Shown here piece after piece: positions 17,976 to 27,347 of a stretch of DNA of 64,000 bases. Numbering within the stretch: position 1 is the stretch's first letter; every line of letters begins with the position of its first letter. The stretch is from Planctomycetota bacterium (lineage in GTDB: Bacteria; Planctomycetota; UBA1135). The stretch lies in assembly GCA_045047305.1 (NCBI GenBank), contig JASFYO010000003.1, positions 32,001-96,000 on the forward strand, in the 5' to 3' direction. The notes under the pieces were generated by a model. It made no database searches and was not told the DNA's origin. It was given only the letters and a program-made list of their open reading frames with translations. The position numbers were made by a program, and so were the translations under genes.

Positions 17976-18704
17976 ATGGCAGGCCACTCTCACTGGGCAA
18001 ACATCCAGCGCAACAAATCGAAAGTCGATGCGAAGCGCGGGAAAGTTTTTAGCAAATGGGCAAAGCTCATTATGTCGGCAGCACGCACCGGCGGCAGCGA
18101 CCTCTCGATGAACCTGGCATTGCGCTATGCCGTTGACCGCGCCAAGGCAGATAACATGCCGAAGGATTCGATTGAGCGCGCGATTAAGAAAGGCGCAGGC
18201 GAACTCGATGGCCAAGCCTTGGAAGAGGTGGTTTACGAGGCCTATGCTCCTGGGGGGGTGGCCATCATCATTGAGGCGCTTACGGATAACCGTAATCGCA
18301 CCGCTCCGAACATTCGCACCATCTTTACCAAGCGTGGTGGAAGTATGGCCACATCTGGATCGGTCGCATTCATGTTCAAGAAGCGTGCCCTGTTCGCAAT
18401 GGAGCGCGGCACCATCGGCGAGGACGAGATGATGGACTTTGCCTTGGAAAACGGTGCTGATGATGTCACTACCGATGATCCTGAAATCTACGGCATTGAT
18501 GCGCCACCGGAAGAATACATGAACCTTGTCACGGCTTTTGCCGCTAAGGAATGGATACCGATGGATGCTGGCCTGCGCTTTGTCCCAGACAACTACATTC
18601 CCATCGACGCTGAAGCTGCTGAAAAACTTCAGACCATGATTGATCTCCTCGAAGACGACGAAGACGTTCAAGCTGTTCACCACAACGCCGAGTTCCCTGA
18701 GTAA
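17976..18704 (+). CDS. yebC: YebC/PmpR family protein
   Basis: MAGHSHWANI, NMPKDSIERAIKK, YEAYAPGG, LTDNRNRT, LEDDEDVQAVHHN. Confidence 0.95.
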   Translation: MAGHSHWANIQRNKSKVDAKRGKVFSKWAKLIMSAARTGGSDLSMNLALRYAVDRAKADNMPKDSIERAIKKGAGELDGQALEEVVYEAYAPGGVAIIIEALTDNRNRTAPNIRTIFTKRGGSMATSGSVAFMFKKRALFAMERGTIGEDEMMDFALENGADDVTTDDPEIYGIDAPPEEYMNLVTAFAAKEWIPMDAGLRFVPDNYIPIDAEAAEKLQTMIDLLEDDEDVQAVHHNAEFPE

Positions 18705-18708
18705 ACCT

Positions 18709-19620
18709 ATGCCTGCCCGCTCCCTGACCATCCTTTCCGCTGACGCCTCTGTCATCGCTGCTTGCCAAGAGGCTGCCCAAATCGCCGGCGCCGTTGTCGG
18801 TGAGGTGACTCATCACGCTGACACCGCTGCGCTTGCCACAGCGGGCACCATCGATGGACTGGTGGTAGTAGACCCCGCCTTCATGGCTCCATTGAGCATC
18901 CAGGAATGGGCCTTGGGTTTCCTGCGTGAACATCGCGTACTGCTATTTTTGCTCACCAATGGAAACGCTGCAGACGCCGATGGCCTAGCTCGTTTTGTGG
19001 GTGCGCAAGGCGCTTTGTCTTTGCCGCTGCAGGCCGATGCCTTGGCCAGTTACCTTGCTTCTCCATTCGGCGCGCCGACTGCCATGCGCCCTGAAAAACT
19101 GGAAGTCCCCGATGCCGCCACTCTAGGCGCCAGCATCGGCGAAATCCTCAAAGGTCGCGAGCCTGAAGCTCGTGAACGTTTCCTGTCTGCTGTGGCTGAT
19201 TCCGAGACTGGGCTACACACTCCAGAGTTCTGGGAGCACCGCCTCGAAGAAGAATTCAAGCGTTCCTCCCGTTTCCGTTTTCCGCTAGGCCTCGCTGCCT
19301 TCACTTGGGAGGGAGAAATCGATGACGATGCCATGCTCGATTTGGCCGGTATCCTGCTGCTCGACACCCGTGACGTCGATGTTGCCACCCGCATTGGTCA
19401 CCGGACCTTGGTTGCGATGCTGCCGCACACTGGGCCAGAAGGTACGCGCCTCTTTGCTGAGCGCGTCCTGCAGGGCATCCAAGGCCGCGGTTTGCGTGAC
19501 TTACTAGGCGAGAGCCTAGAGGTGTCCACTGCAGTCGCTGTGGCCCCAGACAGCAATCTAGCCAACTCTCACGCTTTCTTGGCTATGGTCCTGCCACAGG
19601 AAAGCGAAATGAGCGCCTAG
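18709..19620 (+). CDS. Degenerate GGDEF-domain protein with receiver-like N-terminus
   Basis: DSETGLHT...LEEEFKRSSRF precedes RDVDVATRIGHRTL (RxxD I-site, GHRTL instead of GGDEF) and LPHT...AER. Confidence 0.75.
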   Translation: MPARSLTILSADASVIAACQEAAQIAGAVVGEVTHHADTAALATAGTIDGLVVVDPAFMAPLSIQEWALGFLREHRVLLFLLTNGNAADADGLARFVGAQGALSLPLQADALASYLASPFGAPTAMRPEKLEVPDAATLGASIGEILKGREPEARERFLSAVADSETGLHTPEFWEHRLEEEFKRSSRFRFPLGLAAFTWEGEIDDDAMLDLAGILLLDTRDVDVATRIGHRTLVAMLPHTGPEGTRLFAERVLQGIQGRGLRDLLGESLEVSTAVAVAPDSNLANSHAFLAMVLPQESEMSA

Positions 19621-19641
19621 TTCAATGCTAAAGTGAAGGGC

Positions 19642-20634
19642 ATGAAACGTGCTCTTCTCTATGCAGCGGTGCTGGCTTTCGGGGCATCCGAAGCTTCTGC
19701 GCAATTGCCGGTCGGTGCCAAGGCACCGGAAATCGAAGCCAAGGCTTGGTTTAATGGACCAGCAGGTGAAAGCCTCTCAGATCTGCGTGGTCGGGTGGTC
19801 TTCATCGAAATGTGGGCGACTTGGTGAGGCCCTTGTACCAAACAGATCCCACACCTCGTTGAGGCATGGGCAGAGTTCGAACCCAAGGGACTAGTCATGT
19901 GGGCTTTGACCCGGGAATTCACTGGCATCGTGGAGAAGCACATTGAAACCCACGGGATGACCTATCCCATTGGTGCCGGCGCAAAGGGCATCGATAGTTA
20001 TGGCTCCAAAGGCATCCCACAAGCGTTCTTGGTTGACCACACGGGCACCATCATTTGGGTTGGGCGACCTTGGGATACCGATTGGCCTGAGCGTGTCGAC
20101 CGAGCTTTGGCGCAGGCTGCGCTGATGGCGGATGCATGGGTCATCGGTGAACACCCTGAGTTTCTCGACAAGGCCGCTGCACTTGCAGCCAAGGGCGAGA
20201 TGGGCAAGGCGTGGAAGGAAAGCGAAAGGCTGTTGGCGAATCAGGTTGAGTCGCCGCAGGAGATTGCCCACGTACGGAATTTCCAAACAAGCTTTGGAGT
20301 GCGCGTGGAAGCGCAAGACGGCTATATCGAGTCTCTCGGGGAGGAAGGCCGTTATCAGGAAGCCAGTGATTACCTGAAGGCGCGCATCAAGGTCTTTAAG
20401 GGAGCGCCCGCCGCTACGAAATGGACTGTTCAGCTAAAAGTTTGGGGCAAGGATTCCGCCATCAAAACCATGATGAAGTTGGATAAGAAGCGTCTTGATG
20501 CTTTAGAGAAAGCCTATGCCGGTGATGCCGATAAAGCGAAGAAGGCTTTACGCGCATTGATGGCCAAGGCGAAAGGTACGGCTTTGGAAGCAACTATGGA
20601 GAGCGCTTATCTCTTGGTTGCAGAAATGGAATAA
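19642..20634 (+). CDS. Secreted TlpA/thioredoxin-fold protein, probable selenoprotein (in-frame TGA at 19825-19827, WATW-U-GPC)
   Basis: ORFs 19633-19827 and 19897-20634 are in the same frame; read-through gives LRGRVVFIEMWATW*GPCTKQIPHL...GIPQAFLVDHTG, with TGA at the first Cys position of CxxC. Confidence 0.85.
19848..19870 (+). promoter_or_regulatory. Candidate bacterial SECIS hairpin
   Basis: CCCA-CA-CCTC-GTT-GAGG-CA-TGGG stem-loop; the apical loop starts with G, 30 nt after the UGA. Confidence 0.55.
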
Positions 20635-20664
20635 GCGCTACCGCACCACACCATCGCGGGCTTT

Positions 20665-21255
20665 CTACTCCTCTGGATGACGGAAGTCCGCGATTTTCCA
20701 TTCCGTCGCGAGTTCGAATCCGCTGATGTCAGGTTGGGCGCCAAGGCTGCGAATGGCGGAATCGCTGAGCTCGATGGATAGGCGCTTACCTTGGAGCTGA
20801 ATCAGTTCCTGCGGGGAGCGGCTCAGGATGGAGCCAGTGCGGCGGCCATCCGATTCGGTGACGTCGTAGAAGTATTGCGGGAGCATCCATAGTCCGACGA
20901 TTTCGCGCGATCCAACACCCCACCAAATGGTGACGCCGAGCTCGGCCTGCTCGATGCGTAACGGCTCGAGCAAGTGCGCACGGCCGGCGTAGGATCCAAG
21001 TTCTTCGCGAATTTCTGGGCGGGATAGCAGATAGAGGTCGAAGGTCGCCCCATAGCGAGTCTTAAGCTCTTCCCCGAGGCAGCGGTACTCAGCCGCGCCG
21101 TCGTTGCAGGACATGGCGGCAAAAAAGCTCTCACCTGCGCGTTCGGCATTGTGGAAATCCGGCGACAAGACCAAGGCTTGGGTCGCTGGAGGACATGCTT
21201 GGCAAGCTCCGGGAGCAAGAGCTAGCAGCAAGAGAAGCGGAAACGGGACACGCAC
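20665..21255 (-). CDS. Hypothetical lipoprotein
   Basis: Hydrophobic N-terminus ending APGAC; fills the gap between genes. Confidence 0.6.
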   Translation of the reverse strand: MRVPFPLLLLLALAPGACQACPPATQALVLSPDFHNAERAGESFFAAMSCNDGAAEYRCLGEELKTRYGATFDLYLLSRPEIREELGSYAGRAHLLEPLRIEQAELGVTIWWGVGSREIVGLWMLPQYFYDVTESDGRRTGSILSRSPQELIQLQGKRLSIELSDSAIRSLGAQPDISGFELATEWKIADFRHPEE

Positions 21256-21278
21256 CTAGTTATATTGGACAGTTCCTC

Positions 21279-22325
21279 ATGAAACGGCAATCCCTGCTTC
21301 CACGACTTTTTCAATTTCTTGCTCTGGCCTGCCTGAGTTTGCTTCCAGCCTGCACCGAGGAACCACCGCCGCAAGGGCTGAGCTTCGAGCAACCAATCCT
21401 GGATTTAGGTGAATTGTGGGCCGGGGAGGTGCTGGCTTTGGAGTTTCCGTTCCGTGTGACTGGAAGTGAGGCTCGAATCGACCGCGCCTTGCCTGATTGC
21501 GGTTGTTTACGCGCCCGCATTGAGGTCGATGGCAAGCCAGTGGCCTTTGGCACCACCCTCGCTGCAGGGACTAAGGGCGTCTTGGCAGTGGATTATCACA
21601 CTGCCGGCTTTCAGGGACGTAAGTTCACTGCGATGGAAGTCACTGGGGAGGGCGTCGGCCTGCCTCTAAAGCTGGAAGTACAAAGCTGGTTGCGGCCCTG
21701 GTTCGAGGCAACCCCACGTTTTGCGGATTTTGGTCAGGTCCAAGGTGATGTCGAGGAGGTGGTGCAAATCACCGTGGTGGGGCAAGAGCCCTTCAAAATC
21801 ACCGAGATTCTGGGTACGGCGCCTCCGCTTCAGGTGCGTGGTTTGCCCAGTCTAGAATCGAGCTTGGAACACACCTTTTCGGTGGTTCTGCCCCCAACCA
21901 CTGCGGAGGGGCAACATTACGGGGTGTTAAACTTTGGAACCGACCGTGAAGGCTTTACCTTTACGGTGCCCGCAAGCTATCGGGTGGCGGGGCTTTTGTG
22001 GACGATTCCAGACGACAAGGTCCTACTCGGCCAGCTGCATGAGGGAGTAGAGTTTTTCACTCAAGTGGAGGTAGGGGTGCGCGCCGGGCACCTAGATGTG
22101 CCTCAGGTAGTGACTAAGGGGCTCCCTGGCGCAGTAGTTCGGATAGAAACCGTGGTGGCAGGTAGCCGTTATCGGGTACAGTTAGGCCTAACCCCAGAAG
22201 CCAAGAACATCGGTGGTGAGCTCATCCTTAGTTTGCCCTATACCGATCACACGGGGAAATTAGAGATGCGTGAACGCCGCCTACGCGTTTATGCTGCCGT
22301 TGAAAAAAACAAAGAAGATGAATAA
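21279..22325 (+). CDS. DUF1573 (Ig-like) domain lipoprotein 1
   Basis: LPAC lipobox; LDLGEL...FPFRVTG...PDCGC pattern. Confidence 0.75.
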   Translation: MKRQSLLPRLFQFLALACLSLLPACTEEPPPQGLSFEQPILDLGELWAGEVLALEFPFRVTGSEARIDRALPDCGCLRARIEVDGKPVAFGTTLAAGTKGVLAVDYHTAGFQGRKFTAMEVTGEGVGLPLKLEVQSWLRPWFEATPRFADFGQVQGDVEEVVQITVVGQEPFKITEILGTAPPLQVRGLPSLESSLEHTFSVVLPPTTAEGQHYGVLNFGTDREGFTFTVPASYRVAGLLWTIPDDKVLLGQLHEGVEFFTQVEVGVRAGHLDVPQVVTKGLPGAVVRIETVVAGSRYRVQLGLTPEAKNIGGELILSLPYTDHTGKLEMRERRLRVYAAVEKNKEDE

Positions 22326-23493
22326 GCGTCACCTGTTAAGCCTCGTCCTGCTGGGACTGTTGCCGTTTTTGCCTTCCTGTGGGGCAGATGCGAAAGATGC
22401 TACTCCAACCGCAGTCGCCCAGGACGGCGGTAGTCATGCAGGCCATGATCATGCTACAGGCGAACAAGAGCCGCTCGAGCCTTTGCTCGGTAGTGGGTCC
22501 AGGAGTGACCTCGTTTTCGATGCGCTTGAAGTGGACCTTGGTGGCGTTTATCAGCATCACACCTACCCGCTGGAATTCCCGTTTGTGGTAGACGGTCCAG
22601 ACCCTGTTTTATTGACCGAGTTGGATACTTCTTGTGGTTGCACCGAAGCCTTCACACGGCCCGATTGGGATTTAGAGGTAGAAGGCGAGAAGTGGCCTTT
22701 GAATAAGGAGATTCCGGCAGGTGCACGTGGCGCGATTGCTGCCACCTTTGATGCCGGCCGTTATAAAGATGAAAAGGCATCCACGATTACGGTGCGTGGA
22801 AACTTTTTGTCGCGGCGCATCACCTTGGGGGTGAAAGCCAACATTACTCCTGTGTTTGAAATGGAGCCACGGATTGTTCAGTTTGGCGACATTCTCTCTG
22901 GCACTTTACGCGAAGGAAATCCAACCCGAGAGGTCCGCGTCACTGCGATGAAGGACTTTAGTATCACGCGTTGGAAACGTACCCCTCCAGGTGTTTTGAT
23001 CAAGAAGAAAGACGTTTCAGAAGTGATGGAGGACGGGCGTGTCGTGCACACCTTTATCGTGACCGCTGGCCCCGATATGCAGGAAGGTCGCATGGCCTCA
23101 AGCTTTATCGGTGAAACTGATTTAGGCATTGAGCTGGAGTTCATGGTCAATGCCTCGGTGCTTGGAGCGGTTAAATACGCGCCTGCCACCCGGGTTGCGT
23201 TTGGCATTTTTGACCAAGGCACTGCAAAGCATCGGACCATCAAAATTGAGTCGACCCAAGGTGCAATCAAGCTTCCCGCGCCGCGCTTAGAAGTGGTCGG
23301 CGATGCGGCAGACGTCATCCAGGCGGAACTAGAAACGGTCACTGCGGAGCAGCACTACACCGTGCGTCTGACGATCCCTGAAGAGGCACCCTTTGGGAGC
23401 TACAACGGCGTACTACGCATCATTTATCCGGAAGGCTCCGGCATCGCGCAAAAGGAAGTGATGCTGAACGCCCGGATTCGCAAGCCTAGGTGA
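22318..23493 (+). CDS. DUF1573 domain lipoprotein 2
   Basis: LPSC lipobox; His-rich linker HAGHDH; VDLGGV...FPFVVDG...TSCGCT. Confidence 0.78.
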   Translation: MNKRHLLSLVLLGLLPFLPSCGADAKDATPTAVAQDGGSHAGHDHATGEQEPLEPLLGSGSRSDLVFDALEVDLGGVYQHHTYPLEFPFVVDGPDPVLLTELDTSCGCTEAFTRPDWDLEVEGEKWPLNKEIPAGARGAIAATFDAGRYKDEKASTITVRGNFLSRRITLGVKANITPVFEMEPRIVQFGDILSGTLREGNPTREVRVTAMKDFSITRWKRTPPGVLIKKKDVSEVMEDGRVVHTFIVTAGPDMQEGRMASSFIGETDLGIELEFMVNASVLGAVKYAPATRVAFGIFDQGTAKHRTIKIESTQGAIKLPAPRLEVVGDAADVIQAELETVTAEQHYTVRLTIPEEAPFGSYNGVLRIIYPEGSGIAQKEVMLNARIRKPR

Positions 23494-24563
23494 AATTTAG
23501 AGTCTGCGCGGTGGTTTTCACGCTGGGAGCGCTTGTCCATTCCAGTTGCCAAGTTCCGCTGCAGCATCCTGCTGAGCATGCTTCTGACACGCAGGGCAGC
23601 TTGCGTTTTGAGCATACGTTGATGGATCTTGGTGATGTCTTTCAGCATCACCAGTATGTCGTGCGCTTTCCCTTTACCGTGGTAGGGGAAGGCCCCGTGC
23701 GATTCTCCGCACTAGAGGCCGGCGTTGGACTGACAGACGCCTTTGGCGCCCCCGAAAAAAAGCTCCACCAATGGCTGCCGTTGGGATACCAAGGTGAAAT
23801 CGTGGCGACCTTTGATGCTGGCCGCTACCAGAATAGGAAGGCATCGCATCTTTTGGTGCGCGGGGATTTTGAAGCTCAGACGGTGGTTCTGACGGTCGAG
23901 GCCTACGTGCACCCCGTTTTCCGCGTGTCGCCCCGGATACTTCAGTTTGGAGATGTACTGAAGTCGGATTGGAAAGAAACCCCTCCTGAACGCATCGTGG
24001 CCATCGAGGCCATCCGTGATTTTGAGGTCCTGGAATGGATTCGCAAACCACCTGGAATGCGCATTGAAGATGCGGGGAAAACGATTTCGGGTGAAAATGG
24101 GAGCGTGATGCAGAGATACCGCGTCTCGCTAAGCCCCAACATCGCTGAAGGCCGCAGCTCCAGTAGTTTCCTTGCTGAGACTAGCCTGGGCGTAAGACTG
24201 GAATTTTTGGTGAACGCCAACATCCTGGGCCATGTGAAGTACAGCCCGAACTCTAGGATTGCGTTTGGGATTTTTGATCAAGGTGCTGCCAGGAAGCGCA
24301 CCATGCGGGTGGAGTCGACTCCCTTGCTTCAGCCCAATATGCTGCCCAAGCCCGAAGTGGAAATACTCGGGGATGCTGCCAAAGTCATGCAAGTGGAAGT
24401 GATGACGGTAAATGAGGATAGCTGGTATGAAATCACGGTGAACATAGGTGATCAGGCCCCAGCGGGAAGCTATAACGGCGTACTGCGCTTGACGTACCCC
24501 GAAGGTTCGGGGCTAGCGCCGAAAGAAATGATTCTGAACGCCCGCATCCGGCTCCCACGTTGA
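23490..24563 (+). CDS. DUF1573-like lipoprotein 3 (close paralog of protein 2, lacking CGC)
   Basis: Shares YQHH/FQHH, ATFDAGRY, RIAFGIFDQG and GSYNGVLR..YPEGSG..KE..LNARIR.PR with protein 2. Confidence 0.75.
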   Translation: MKFRVCAVVFTLGALVHSSCQVPLQHPAEHASDTQGSLRFEHTLMDLGDVFQHHQYVVRFPFTVVGEGPVRFSALEAGVGLTDAFGAPEKKLHQWLPLGYQGEIVATFDAGRYQNRKASHLLVRGDFEAQTVVLTVEAYVHPVFRVSPRILQFGDVLKSDWKETPPERIVAIEAIRDFEVLEWIRKPPGMRIEDAGKTISGENGSVMQRYRVSLSPNIAEGRSSSSFLAETSLGVRLEFLVNANILGHVKYSPNSRIAFGIFDQGAARKRTMRVESTPLLQPNMLPKPEVEILGDAAKVMQVEVMTVNEDSWYEITVNIGDQAPAGSYNGVLRLTYPEGSGLAPKEMILNARIRLPR

Positions 24564-26269
24564 GAAAATTGCTTGGTGAAATCCTCATCGCCTCCAAGGC
24601 GATTACCGAGGATCAATTGCGTGGTGCCTTGGCATTGCAAAACCAACGCACCGTGCTGATTGGCCAGGCGCTGATTGAGCAAGGCGCTACGGATGAGACC
24701 ACGGTGTTCCGCGCATTGGCGAAGCAGGCGGTGTTGCCTTTCGTGGATGTCTCCGAGCGCACTCCGCCTGAGCGCCTGACTAGCTTGCTGGATGGCAAAG
24801 CAGCCTGGGAGCTCGAAGCTTTGCCCGTGGCGGAGAAAGGCGAAAGGCTAGTGGTTGCGGTCGCGGATCCACAAAAGGCGGTGGTCGTCGACACGCTGAA
24901 CTTCCTCCTCGACCGCGAAGTGATGCTAGCCCTCACTACGCCAGAAGGCCTGAAATCAGCACTGACTCGGGTTTACGGCGAGTCTGAAATCGGTGCCGGT
25001 GCGGTGAAAGCGATACGGCTGGATGATTCCGGCGAAGAATCTCCTATTGTGCGTTTGGTGAATAAAATGTTCGAGGACGCGCTCACGCAGAGAGCCTCCG
25101 ACATTCACATCGAACCATTTTCGGATCGAACGCGCATCCGCTACCGTATTGATGGCAAGTTGAAAATCGCCGCTGAGCATCCGGTCGACGTCTTCGCCCC
25201 GTTGATTAGCCACCTTAAAGTGACTGGCGGTCTGGACATTGCGGAAAAACGTCGTCCACAAGACGGTCGCATCGAACACACTAGTCTCGGTCGTAAATTA
25301 GATGTCCGGGTCTCCATGTTGCCAACCAATAATGGCCAGACCTGTGTCATGCGTTTGCTCGACAGCGAGGCCAACCTGATTTCGTTGCCGGAGTTGGGGT
25401 TGAATCCAGAGTCGCATGATTGGTTCCGCAAACTTATTGAGCGTCCACACGGAATCTTTTTGGTGACCGGCCCTACGGGTTCTGGAAAGACCACCACCTT
25501 GTATGCCGCGCTACAAACGCTGAATCGCCCAGATAAGAAGATCCTCACGGTGGAGGACCCGGTGGAATATCGCATCCCGGGCATCAATCAAGTCCAGGTG
25601 CATCCGCATATCGGTTTGGATTTCTCACGAGTACTACGCGCTTTCTTGCGCCAGGCTCCGAACGTGGTGCTGGTTGGCGAAATTCGTGACCGCGAAACCG
25701 CAGAAGTTGCGATCCAAGCATCGCTTACTGGGCACATCGTGTTCAGCACGGTGCACACCAATGATGCACCCAGTGCAGTGACTCGTTTGCTCGACATGGG
25801 GGTGCCGCCATTTCTCATCGCCACCTCACTGCAGGGGGTGCTGGCGCAAAGGTTAATGCGCCGCCTCTGTACCGAGTGCTCCGAGCTAGAAGCATCCAGC
25901 CTGCTCGACCAACAAATCCTTGGGGTTGGCCCTGCGGATCAAGTGCAGCGTCCTCGGGGATGTCGTAAGTGTAATGGCACTGGATACCGCGGTCGGGTGG
26001 GTGCCTTCGGATGGATGGATATGAAGGAGGAATTGCGTGAAGCTCTTTTTCACGCAACGGACCCCAACGATTTCGTCCGCGCCGCAGGAAAATCAGAGCA
26101 TTGGACTCCGATTGCCATCGATGCGGTGGCGAAGGCAAAGGCTGGTCTAACTTCGGTGGAAGAGGTATTGCGCATCACCAAGGTCGCAGCTCAAGCCGAA
26201 GATGAAGAGGAAACAGCTGGTGCCTCCACTAGTTCCGTAAGTTCGAATCAGGAAACAAGTCATGAGTGA
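24560..26269 (+). CDS. pilB: PilB/GspE family ATPase with N-terminal MshEN-like domain
   Basis: ASDIHIEP, RRPQDGR, GPTGSGKTT, TVEDPVE, GEIRD, HTNDAP, CxxC...CxxC; N-terminus LLGEILI...QL..AL..Q. Confidence 0.88.
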   Translation: MRKLLGEILIASKAITEDQLRGALALQNQRTVLIGQALIEQGATDETTVFRALAKQAVLPFVDVSERTPPERLTSLLDGKAAWELEALPVAEKGERLVVAVADPQKAVVVDTLNFLLDREVMLALTTPEGLKSALTRVYGESEIGAGAVKAIRLDDSGEESPIVRLVNKMFEDALTQRASDIHIEPFSDRTRIRYRIDGKLKIAAEHPVDVFAPLISHLKVTGGLDIAEKRRPQDGRIEHTSLGRKLDVRVSMLPTNNGQTCVMRLLDSEANLISLPELGLNPESHDWFRKLIERPHGIFLVTGPTGSGKTTTLYAALQTLNRPDKKILTVEDPVEYRIPGINQVQVHPHIGLDFSRVLRAFLRQAPNVVLVGEIRDRETAEVAIQASLTGHIVFSTVHTNDAPSAVTRLLDMGVPPFLIATSLQGVLAQRLMRRLCTECSELEASSLLDQQILGVGPADQVQRPRGCRKCNGTGYRGRVGAFGWMDMKEELREALFHATDPNDFVRAAGKSEHWTPIAIDAVAKAKAGLTSVEEVLRITKVAAQAEDEEETAGASTSSVSSNQETSHE

Positions 26270-27341
26270 AGTCTTAATCCATAGCCAGCTAGATGAGTGG
26301 CTTCAGTCCGTCGCAACCGTGGAGGCATCTGACCTTCACATTGGTGCCCGACGTCGTCCGATGATGCGTGTCTCTGGAACTTTGGAGCCGCTGTCAGAAA
26401 TGATCTTGACTACGGAAATGACCGAGGAAATTTGTCTCGGTACAGTCCCGGTGAAGAAGCGCCAAGAGGCGTTAGACACTGGATCCTGTGACTTCAGTTT
26501 TGAACATGGAGCAGACCGCTATCGTGCTAACGTTTTTCGTCAGCGTGAATCATGGGCCATGGTTTGTCGGCGCTTGCCATCGGATCGTCTGACTTTCGAC
26601 CAAATCGGAGCACCACCGGTCTTACGTGCCTTGGCACATCTGCCGCGCGGATTGATTTTGATTACGGGGCCAACGGGTTCGGGCAAAACCACCACGCTCG
26701 CCGCGCTGATTCACGAGATCAACGCCGCGCGTTCCGAACATATCATTACCTTGGAGGACCCGATTGAATTCCTCCACGATTCGATGAAGTCGGTGGTGAA
26801 CCAACGTGAAATCGGCGAAGACACGACTTCCTTTTCAGAAGCGCTGCGCCGGGTTTTGCGCCAAGACCCCGACGTCATCATGTTGGGCGAGATGCGTGAC
26901 CTAGAGACTACGGCGGCTGCGATTACGGCTGCAGAGACCGGGCACTTAGTGTTTGGAACTTTGCACACCACGGGTGCTGCGCGCACGGTGGACCGTATCA
27001 TTGACCAGTATCCAAAGGAATCGCAGGAGCAAGTGCGTGCACAGCTTTCGGTTTCATTGCAAGCGGTGGTCTCACAAGTTTTGGTGAAACGCGCCGATGG
27101 CAACGGCCGCATCAGTGTGTTTGAGATTATGGTGCGTAACTCTGCGATTGAAAACCACATTCGAAAGGGCGAAACTTTCAAGATCCCATCGGTCATGCAA
27201 ACCCAACGTCGGATTGGAATGCAATTGTTAGATGACCACCTGTTCGAGTTGGTCAATGCCGGCACCATCACCAGAGAAACGGCGATGATGTATGCACAGC
27301 TGCCCAATGATTTGAATCAACGCCTCTCGATGGGCGGTTAA
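26262..27341 (+). CDS. pilT: Type IV pilus retraction ATPase
   Basis: ASDLHI, GPTGSGKTT, EDPIEF, QREIG.DT, RQDPD, AAETGHLVFGTLHT, AIENHIRKG (AIRNLIRE-like). Confidence 0.92.
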   Translation: MSEVLIHSQLDEWLQSVATVEASDLHIGARRRPMMRVSGTLEPLSEMILTTEMTEEICLGTVPVKKRQEALDTGSCDFSFEHGADRYRANVFRQRESWAMVCRRLPSDRLTFDQIGAPPVLRALAHLPRGLILITGPTGSGKTTTLAALIHEINAARSEHIITLEDPIEFLHDSMKSVVNQREIGEDTTSFSEALRRVLRQDPDVIMLGEMRDLETTAAAITAAETGHLVFGTLHTTGAARTVDRIIDQYPKESQEQVRAQLSVSLQAVVSQVLVKRADGNGRISVFEIMVRNSAIENHIRKGETFKIPSVMQTQRRIGMQLLDDHLFELVNAGTITRETAMMYAQLPNDLNQRLSMGG

Positions 27342-27347
27342 ATCAGC

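Noticed and set aside
19825..19827. TGA as evidence of an alternative genetic code (4 or 25)
   Set aside because: Many well-conserved genes here end in TGA, often in ATGA/GTGA overlaps, so TGA is normally a stop
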